Shown one piece after another: positions 54,151 to 64,000 of a stretch of DNA of 64,000 nucleotides. Location of the stretch: positions 558,001 through 622,000 of the forward strand of contig NC_043018.1 in assembly GCF_006345805.1 (NCBI RefSeq), written 5' to 3'. Position numbers and translations under genes: made by a program. This stretch comes from Octopus sinensis. Its lineage: Eukaryota. The number at the start of each line of letters is the position of its first letter. Within the stretch, counting starts at the first letter, position 1. Under the pieces are notes generated by a model, which saw nothing but the letters and a program-made list of their open reading frames with translations, was not told where the DNA came from and searched no databases.

Positions 54151-57100
54151 AACGATTTAGGAGTGACCCCAACAGGTCACTCGTCCACCAGAAAGAGCAG
54201 CCATAACTGACACCGCCAAGTATTATTAATTCAGAAATTAGGTGAAAATTTAAAAACATTTACCCTAATTCATCTTTTAGACGTTGCAACGTTTCTGTGT
54301 CATTAATGATTAAATTAGCTTAATTAAATTAAATTAAGCCAATCTACCATAGGTTACACTTCATCAGTAAAGACCTGGGAGAGACAAATATACACGAGGC
54401 GTCTGTATCGAAGCCTACGGGATATCTGACTTAAAATTTTCAAGACTGACGTATTCGTGCCAAACTTATCAACAGTAAATATAAACTGCCGATTCAATCT
54501 CAGAATTATTCAGAAAATTATCAATTAGTCAATTTAGGGTAGCAAAAAAATTCAATAGAAATTTATCGCAACCAGCGGCCTGGTGAAAAAGAGAAAATAG
54601 TCATCGACTAAATATATAAATATAACGATTTAGGAGTGACCCCAACAGGTCACTCGTCCACCAGAAAGAGCAGCCATAACTCACACCGCCAAGTATTATT
54701 AATTCAGAAATTAGGTGAAAATTTAAAAACATTTACCCTAATTCATCTTTTAGACGTTGCAACGTTTCTGTGTCATTAATGATTAAATTAGCTTAATTAA
54801 ATTAAATTAAGCCAATCTACCATAGGTTACACTTCATCAGTAAAGACCTGGGAGAGACAATATACACGAGGCGTCTGTATCGAAGCCTACGGGATATCTG
54901 ACTTAAAATTTTCAAGACTGACGTATTCGCGCCAAACTTATCAACAGTAAATATAAACTGCCGATTCAATCTCAGAATTATTCAGAAAATTATCAGTTAG
55001 TCAATTAGGGTAGCAAAAAAATTCAATAGAAATTTATCGCAACCAGCGGCCTGGTGAAAAAGAGAAAATAGTCATCGACTAAATATATAAATATAACGAT
55101 TTAGGAGTGACCCCAACAGGTCACTCGTCCACCAGAAAGAGCAGCCATAACTCACACCGCCAAGTATTATTAATTCAGAAATTAGGTGAAAATTTAAAAA
55201 CATTTACCCTAATTCATCTTTTAGACGTTGCAACGTTTCTGTGTCATTAATGATTAATTAGCTTAATTAAATTAAATTAAGCCAATCTACCATAGGTTAC
55301 ACTTCATCAGTAAAGACCTGGGAGAGACAAATATACACGAGGCGTCTGTATCGAAGCCTACGGATATCTGACTTAAAATTTTCAAGACTGACGTATTCGC
55401 GCCAAACTTATCAACAGTAAATATAAACTGCCGATTCAATCTCAGAATTATTCAGAAAATTATCAATTAGTCAATTTAGGGTAGCAAAAAAATTCAATAG
55501 AAATTTATCGCAACCAGCGGCCTGGTGAAAAAGAGAAAATAGTCATCGACTAAATATATAAATATAACGATTTAGGAGTGACCCCAACAGGTCACTCGTC
55601 CACCAGAAAGAGCAGCCATAACTCACACCGCCAAGTATTATTAATTCAGAATTAGGTGAAAATTTAAAAACATTTACCCTAATTCATCTTTTAGACGTTG
55701 CAACGTTTCTGTGTCATTAATGATTAAATTAGCTTAATTAAATTAAATTAAGCCAATCTACCATAGGTTACACTTCATCAGTAAAGACCTGGGAGAGACA
55801 AATATACACGAGGCGTCTGTATCGAAGCCTACGGGATATCTGACTTAAAATTTTCAAGACTGACGTATTCGCGCCAAACTTATCAACAGTAATATAAACT
55901 GCCGATTCAATCTCAGAATTATTCAGAAAATTATCAATTAGTCAATTTAGGGTAGCAAAAAAATTCAATAGAAATTTATCGCAACCAGCGGCCTGGTGAA
56001 AAAGAGAAAATAGTCATCGACTAATATATAAATATAACGATTTAGGAGTGACCCCAACAGTCACTCGTCCACCAGAAAGAGCAGCCATAACTCACACCGC
56101 CAAGTATTATTAATTCAGAAATTAGGTGAAAATTTAAAAACATTTACCCTAATTCATCTTTTAGACGTTGCAACGTTTCTGTGTCATTAATGATTAAATT
56201 AGCTTAATTAAATTAAATTAAGCCAATCTACCATAGGTTACACTTCATCAGTAAAGACCTGGGAGAGACAAATATACACGAGGCGTCTGTATCGAAGCCT
56301 ACGGGATATCTGACTTAAAATTTTCAAGACTGACGTATTCGCGCCAAACTTATCAACAGTAAATATAAACTGCCGATTCAATCTCAGAATTATTCAGAAA
56401 ATTATCAATTAGTCAATTTAGGGTAGCAAAAAAATTCAATAGAAATTTATCGCAACCAGCGGCCTGGTGAAAAAGAGAAAATAGTCATCGACTAAATATA
56501 TAAATATAACGATTTAGGAGTGACCCCAACAGGTCACTCGTCCACCAGAAAGAGCAGCCATAACTCACACACACCGCCAAGTATTATTAATTCAGAAATT
56601 AGGTGAAAATTTAAAAACATTACCCTAATTCATCTTTTAGACGTTGCAACGTTTCTGTGTCATTAATGATTAAATTAGCTTAATTAAATTAAATTAAGCC
56701 AATCTACCATAGGTTACACTTCATCAGTAAAGACCTGGGAGAGACAAATATACACGAGGCGTCTGTATCGAAGCCTACGGGATATCTGACTTAAAATTTT
56801 CAAGACTGACGTATTCGCGCCAAACTTATCAACAGTAATATAAACTAAACTGCCGATTCAATCTCAGAATTATTCAGAAAATTATCAATTAGTCAATTTA
56901 GGGTAGCAAAAAAATTCAATAGAAATTTATCGCACCAGCGGCCTGGTGAAAAAGAGAAAATAGTCATCGACTAAATATATAAATAAACGATTTAGGAGTG
57001 ACCCCAACAGGTCACTCGTCCACCAGAAGAGCAGCCATAACTCACACCGCCAAGTATTATTAATTCAGAATTAGGTGAAAATTTAAAAACATTTACCCTA

Positions 57101-59020
57101 ATTCATCTTTTAGACGTTGCAACGTTTCTGTGTCATTAATGATTAAATTAGCTTAATTAAATTAATTAAGCCAATCTACCATAGGTTACACTTCATCAGT
57201 AAAGACCTGGAGAGACAAATATACACGAGGCGTCTGTATCGAAGCCTACGGGATATCTGACTTAAAATTTTCAAGACTGACGTATTCGCGCCAAACTTAT
57301 CAACAGTAAATATAAACTGCCGATTCAATCTCAGAATTATTCAGAAAATTATCAATTAGTCAATTTAGGGTAGCAAAAAAATTCAATAGAAATTTATCGC
57401 AACCAGCGGCCTGGTGAAAAAGAGAAAATAGTCATCGACTAAATATATAAATATAACGATTTAGGAGTGACCCCAACAGGTCACTCGTCCACCAGAAAGA
57501 GCAGCCATAACTCACACCGCCAAGTATTATTAATTCAGAAATTAGGTGAAAATTTAAAAACATTTACCCTAATTCATCTTTTAGACGTTGCAACGTTTCT
57601 GTGTCATTAATGATTAAATTAGCTTAATTAAATTAAATTAAGCCAATCTACCATAGGTTACACTTCATCAGTAAAGACCTGGGAGAGACAAATATACACG
57701 AGGCGTCTGTATCGAAGCCTACGGGATATCTGACTTAAAATTTTCAAGACTGACGTATTCGCGCCAAACTTATCAACAGTAAATATAAACTGCCGATTCA
57801 ATCTCAGAATTATTCAAAAATTATCAATTAGTCAATTTAGGGTAGCAAAAAAATTCAATAGAAATTTATCGCAACCAGCGGCCTGGTGAAAAAGAGAAAA
57901 TAGTCATCGACTAAATATATAATATAACGATTTAGGAGTGACCCCAACAGGTCACTCGTCCACCAGAAAGAGCAGCCATAACTCACACCGCCAAGTATTA
58001 TTAATTCAGAAATTAGGTGAAAATTTAAAAACATTTACCCTAATTCATCTTTTAGACGTTGCAACGTTTCTGTGTCATTAATGATTAAATTAGCTTAATT
58101 AAATTAAATTAAGCCAATCTACCATAGGTTACACTTCATCAGTAAAGACCTGGGAGAGACAAATATACACGAGGCGTCTGTATCGAAGCCTACGGGATAT
58201 CTGACTTAAAATTTTCAAGACTGACGTATTCGCGCCAAACTTATCAACAGTAAATATAAACTGCCGATTCAATCTCAGAATTATTCAGAAAATTATCAAT
58301 TAGTCAATTTAGGGTAGCAAAAAAATTCAATAGAAATTTATCGCAACCAGCGGCCTGGTGAAAAAGAGAAAATAGTCATCGACTAATATATAAATATAAC
58401 GATTTAGGAGTGACCCCAACAGGTCACTCGTCCACCAGAAAGAGCAGCCATAACTCACACACCGCCAAGTATTATTAATTCAGAAATTAGGTGAAAATTT
58501 AAAAACATTTACCCTAATTCATCTTTTAGACGTTGCAACGTTTCTGTGTCATTAATGATTAAATTAGCTTAATTAAATTAAATAAGCCAATCTACCATAG
58601 GTTACACTTCATCAGTAAAGACCTGGGAGAGACAAATATACACGAGGCGTCTGTATCGAAGCCTACGGATATCTGACTTAAAATTTTCAAGACTGACGTA
58701 TTCGCGCCAAACTTATCAACAGTAAATATAAACTGCCGATTCAATCTCAGAATTATTCAGAAAATTATCAATTAGTCAATTTAGGGTAGCAAAAAAATTC
58801 AATAGAAATTTATCGCACCAGCGGCCTGGTGAAAAAGAGAAAATAGTCATCGACTAAATATATAAATATAACGATTTAGGAGTGACCCCAACAGGTCACT
58901 CGTCCACCAGAAAGAGCAGCCATAACTCACACCGCCAAGTATTATTAATTCAGAAATTAGGTGAAAATTTAAAAACATTTACCCTAATTCATCTTTTAGA
59001 CGTTGCAACGTTTCTGTGTC
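54151..59020 (-). repeat. Tandem array of ~471-bp units (10 full + 1 partial), each full unit with a hammerhead motif
   Basis: Unit starts (AACGATTTAGG) at 54151, 54624, 55095, 55566, 56036, 56508, 56986, 57455, 57926, 58398 and 58870. Lengths are 469-478 bp and differences are mostly 1-bp indels. Confidence 0.97.
54272..54375 (-). ncRNA. Type I hammerhead ribozyme motif in array unit 1 (repeated in units 1-10)
   Basis: Minus strand GUCUUUA-CUGAUGA(54367-54361)-A-GUGU...ACAC-A-GAAAC(54295-54291)-GUUGCAAC-GUC^UAAAAGAU. Stem III is the perfect palindrome ACGTTGCAACGT. Deviation: A.A opposition at the base of stem II. Confidence 0.72.
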
Positions 59021-60150
59021 ACACACCTACATACACACATATACACACGCCCACACACCTACATACACACACATACATACACACACATACACGGACACAC
59101 CCATACATACTTACATACATACACCTATACACACACGCCTACACACCTACATACACACACATGCATACCCACACACATGCACACACACACATACGCACAT
59201 GCATGCATGCATGCACACGCGCACACCTACACGCATACACACACACACACGCACGTACACATACATACATACACACACGCATACATACACCCATACACAT
59301 ACATGCATCCTACACACACATACATACACACTCACACATACATACACACACACACACTCACTCACACACCTGTATGTACGCGCACACACATGCACATACA
59401 CACACTTCCCCACACCCACACGTACATACATACACACTCACACACATACACACACACACACACACGGACATACATCTATGCACACACATACATACACACA
59501 TACTCACATACATTCATCGGACACACTGCCACCCAACATACACACAGACACACTCACACATCCACACACATACATACTTACGCGCATACTCGCAGGCGCG
59601 CGCACATACGCACTTGCGCCGGCTCGCGCACGCATACGCGCCGCATACACCTCGCTCTTGGACCCGACGAGACCTCCCGCCCGTTCCTGGGACCGTCGCG
59701 TGTCGTTGGGTTTTCCCACGCCTGTCTCCGCGGTACCACTCTTCCATCTTCCCCTCAGCTGGAGTCCTTTTTCCTTAACCCCCCCCCTTTTTCGTTACAC
59801 ACACGCGCACACATATACACACATTGCCTATATATATACATCACTCTTACACACATTCAATCTACTCGCCATTAATACCACCACGACACTGGACACACAC
59901 ACACACTACTACTCAACACACGCTGGCACGCTACATACGCCCCACCCCTTCCCCTCCCTCCCTTCCTCCTTCCTTCTTTTTCTTACTACCGACCTTGTCT
60001 GCTAGCTGACCACTAGTCTCGCCCTACCTCACACGCCTACACACTGACGCACACACTAACACACACATATTTTTTTGTTTCTTCATCTCGCCTCACACAC
60101 ACACATACACACACGCACACGCACACACTCACACATACACACACATCTGT
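59021..60150. repeat. Degenerate CA-rich low-complexity tract (possibly low-quality sequence)
   Basis: Irregular (CA)/(CATA) runs starting abruptly inside array unit 11. Confidence 0.8.
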
Positions 60151-60239
60151 TGGGTTACCAACCTTGTCTCCACTCTTTTGCCTTTAAAAACCCACTTTGC
60201 TCTTGTTATCGTCAACATCCGCCTTTCACCATGTGCAAC

Positions 60240-60420
60240 TCGTAAACACCAGTCGTCTTTTTTCTCTTTCCCTGTTGCCCGCTCTGGGATCTTTCTTTCC
60301 TCTCTCTTCCTTTTTTATGTTTCCGACGAAGAGCTCCGCTCGAAACGTCATACCTCCCTGCTTCCATTTCCTGAGCGCCTATTAATAATAATACTGTAAT
60401 TGTTCCTGTTGTTGTTGTTT
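60240..60420 (+). mobile_element. PLE-type terminal fragment with minimal hammerhead motif (60319-60353)
   Basis: GUUU-CCGACGA-A-GAGC-UCC-GCUC-GAAAC-GUC^AUAC. Same family as 24365-24555. Confidence 0.7.
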
Positions 60421-60446
60421 TTTTTGTTTCCCGTTTGGATTAAAAT

Positions 60447-60480
<34 letters not shown>

Positions 60481-61966
60481 TACGTTATACATCCATTATC
60501 ATGTATATGTTCATCTGACCGTTTTGGAAAATATTTGTGTGTGTGTGAGAGAGAAAGTGAGAGGAGGAGCGTGAAAGAGAGAAAGAGAGAGAAAAAGAGA
60601 ACTTTCAAATGTCAACAATTGTGATGTGACAAACATATAATGAACTGATTTTCCTATATCGTTTCTATACTCTGCGTTACCTCATTGAATTCATCCGTCC
60701 TTAACAGTGGAAGTTAAAGAAAATTGATTGTTATTCTAAATCTAAATCGTTGGACAACGAAGAACACCGATTACTATTGTTTAGCACTCTCTATACCATT
60801 CCTTCTGTCTCTGCGTAGTTCGTATATTCCGGTGTAAAACATAGAGGTGAAATGAAATACCTTCTGGTATTCTAGTTCGTAAATGAACCTCACTAACTCA
60901 AGAGACATAATTCTCTGTAGGTATCTTATACATTAAGTAAACAGAGATCAATTATTTGATTAGAAAGCTAAGTATCAGGTTCGATATAATTTACTAAAAC
61001 CCTTACTATTTAGCACCGCAGCGTGGCTGCAGTTCAATGTCTGAAAAATATTATAAGTATACACAACCGACAAAAATATACAAATTCATTTAATACTTAT
61101 CCCAATAGAGACACATTTACCAATATTGAAGTGGCAGATGCTGAAATTTTCGACATCTGATCACTTATAGCAAGTTTTTGTTTCTTAATTTTTTGTATTT
61201 TATTTATTTATTATTATTATTTTTTTTTTTTTTTGCTTTTCTTTAACCATTAGAGGAAGAAATATTTTCGACATAGATTGATTGACCCCGTAAATTCAAA
61301 AACATTATAACGCTTGACAAATTTCACCAATGTGTCAAACAGAATTATATTCAATGAAAATAAAAGTACGCCTGTATCCTTTTTATTTGGTTATGTTATC
61401 ACCATATATTGAATCAAGCAGTAAGATTAAATCATATAGTAGATTAAATCATAAAGTAGATTAAATCATAAACAAACATATAAACGTATGTATGTAGGAA
61501 TGTGTATGTGTATGTGTGTGTATACGTGTGTACGTATATGTGTGTGTAGTGTTATATCTATGTGTATAAGCACACACACGCGCACCCGCGTATATAATTG
61601 CTTCAGCTATTTTTATATATTGAGATTAAGCAGGGTGTCCAATTGAATGAATGATGTAGTATATATTCCATTTTCTAAATGTTTGTCGGAGAGGTGAAGA
61701 TGTAAATAAAAGGACAGTGGTCGCCCACTAACACAAACTTAACAGAATCGACGCCTAACTTTTTCAGATGAACACATTTCATGTTCCCATTCTACTTCAT
61801 TTATCTTTCTTGTGTGTAAATAATATCAAGGTATCTTTTGTAGAGTAGAGTTGCAGAAACAGTGAGGTAGTGGGTTCAATTCCTGGTGTTACTATGTAAA
61901 AGCAGCATAATTTGCCATTTACTCTTTAATAATTGACTCGATGTAATATATCTCACGAAATACATA

Positions 61967-62189
61967 TTTCTTTACTACCCACAAGAGGCTAAACGCAGAA
62001 GGGACAAAGAAGGACAGACAAACAGATTAAGTCGATTATACCGACCCCAGTGCGTAACTGGTACTTTATTTAATGACCCCGAAAGAATGAAGGGCAAAGT
62101 CGACCTCGGCGGAATTTGAACCCAGAACGTAAAGGCAGACGAAATACGGCTACTCATTTCGCCCGGCGTGCTAACGTTTCTGCCAGCTC
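61967..62189 (-). mobile_element. SINE A
   Basis: Reverse complement of family A. Confidence 0.88.
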
Positions 62190-62294
62190 AATACAGTACC
62201 ACAGTCAATTTGGATTAGTATATTGAGTAATCTTCTACTAAATATACTATTATACCAAATATAAAAGAAATATACAATTGAATATTTTAATACC

Positions 62295-62640
62295 TGTTTC
62301 TTTACGACCCAGTGCGTAACTGGTATGTATTTAATTGACCCCGAAAGGATGAAAGGCAAAGTCTACCTCGGCGGAATTTGAACTCAGAACGTAAAGTCAG
62401 AGGAAATACCTATTTCTTTACTATCCACAAGAGGCTAAATACAGAGGGGACAAACAAGGTCAGACAAACGGATTAAGTCGATTATATCGACCCCAGTGCG
62501 TAACTGGTACTTATTTAATCGACCCCGAAAGGATGAAAGGCAAAGTCGACCTCGGCGAAATTGAACTCAGAACGTAGAGGCAGACGAAATACCACTAAGC
62601 ATTTCGCCCGCATTCTAACGATTCTGCCAACACGCCGCCT
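62295..62640 (-). mobile_element. SINE A with tandem second (deleted) body, 17-bp TSD
   Basis: Junction GAAATACCTATTTCTTT near 62410. TSD TTGAATATTTTAATACC at 62278-62294 and 62641-62657. Confidence 0.85.
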
Positions 62641-62874
62641 TTGAATATTTTAATACCAAATGAGCGAAACGGGAGACTCTGCGTAGTTTCTCACAATCCT
62701 GAATGTCAGTCTCTAAGTCCCTTTGAAATTATTCTGTCTTAGTAGATAGCTATCAATTTAAATAAAGTCATTGCCACACTGCTAGAATGACGCAGTGGTG
62801 AACTGGTAGAGTTATATTGTTGCCGTTTGGGACGAAATAAAATTTTAAATGTATTATATATTAATTGTTAGATA

Positions 62875-63060
62875 TCATTCGGCGAGATGGCAGAGTCGTT
62901 AGCTCGTCGGGGGGAAAATGCTTACCGGCATTTCACACGTCTTTACCTTCTGAGTTCAAATTCCGCCCCACCCCTTTCGGTGTCTATCAAATAAGTACTA
63001 GTTGAACGGTGGGGTCAATCGAATCGATTTAAGCAACTCCTCGCAATTGCTGACCTTGTC
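62875..63060 (+). mobile_element. Degenerate SINE A
   Basis: GGCGAGATGGCAGAGTCGTTAGC...GAGTTCAAATTCCGCC. Confidence 0.65.
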
Positions 63061-63714
63061 CAAAAATATGAAATCAGTGTTTTTATGTCATTAATAATTA
63101 TTTAATTTCCGCGCAGTATATCTAGATGCATATTCAGTAATTTTGGCATCACTAGTCTTCCATAGTAGTTTTTTTTTCCGTTAGATCCCAACCACACTGA
63201 ACATGAATCGTTGTAGTAGTCGATATGCTTAATATTTCATCCCATTAGCCAAAATAACTTGTTTGCAATAAAGATGTATCGATACAGCAATTTCTTATCA
63301 ACAACTTGCGTTGGCATAAATAGACCAAAATTGGTCCAATCAAATCCGCTTTTTTTTTTCAGGTTTTTTTGACAGCTATAATAAGAGATGCATTAGCGAC
63401 ATTTTTGCTAGAAAGAGGTTCTAGCCTTGTCAGCATGAAGTTGATTCAAGAATATACGTCTCATCACATGAAAGCTTTAATGCACTGTCGCTATCACAGA
63501 CAAACAACCTGGAGATTTTATCACAAATTTCTATCGTTTTTCGTAACGTGAACTGAATGTTTATTAATACTTTCAGCTAAAGAACTCTTTTCCACATAAC
63601 TTACAGTTCTATAACATTTAATAAAGCAACTAACGTTGAAAATATGGGGCTATACTGACTGTCCATAAACGAAGATTGCGTCTTTATTTAGCAGGTCGAA
63701 ATTAAGTTAAAGAA

Positions 63715-63799
63715 GACACTTGCCCAAGATGCCACGCAGTGGGACTGAACCCGGAACCTTGTGGTTGGTTAGCAAGCAACTTACCACACAGCCACTCCT
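63715..63799 (-). mobile_element. SINE B head
   Basis: Reverse complement of GAGTGGCTGTGTGGTAAG...CTTGGGCAAGTG. Confidence 0.8.
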
Positions 63800-63894
63800 G
63801 TTGAGTCATTTTCTACTAAATATATTTATGATACCAAATATCATATACTTATGATACCAAATATAAAAGAAATATACAATTGAATATTTTAATA

Positions 63895-64000
63895 CCTATT
63901 TCTTTACTACCCACAAGGGGCTAAACATAGAGGGGACAAACAAGGTCAGACAAACGGATTAAGTCGTTTATATCGACCCCAGTGCGTAACTGGTACTTAT
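63895..64000 (-). mobile_element. SINE A 3' portion (runs off window)
   Basis: Reverse complement of the family A tail. Confidence 0.85.

Noticed and set aside
54151-59020. CRISPR-like array or protein-coding tandem repeat
   Set aside because: Whole units are identical with no variable spacers, no cas genes are present, and the track shows no ORF of 60 aa or more inside the units.
58882-60005. Long 290-330 aa His/Thr-rich ORFs
   Set aside because: Products of CA-rich low-complexity sequence lacking stops; not credible proteins.

Overview
AT-rich, repeat-dominated animal DNA. The SINE families and microsatellite load suggest an octopus/coleoid cephalopod (inferred by recognition, no search run). 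I recognise no host exon, rRNA, tRNA gene or CRISPR array, and almost all track ORFs are microsatellite or SINE artefacts. The window holds three tRNA-derived SINE families, a near-intact CR1-group LINE ORF2 with a single TAG, and fragments of R4/Dong- and HERO-like LINEs, Tc1/mariner, hAT and Penelope-like elements (PLE). There is also a TIR MITE, several long hairpins and a 100-N gap. The main finding is a head-to-tail array of 10 full plus 1 partial ~471-bp non-coding units (54151-59020). Each full unit carries a minus-strand type I hammerhead ribozyme motif (CUGAUGA...GAAAC, palindromic stem III, GUC site), i.e. a retrozyme-like or PLE pseudo-LTR array. A diverged relative of the unit lies at 23.7 kb. 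Further hammerhead motifs are dispersed through the window, including a canonical one at 41065-41147. All structures were folded by eye, no activity is demonstrated, and many boundaries are approximate.
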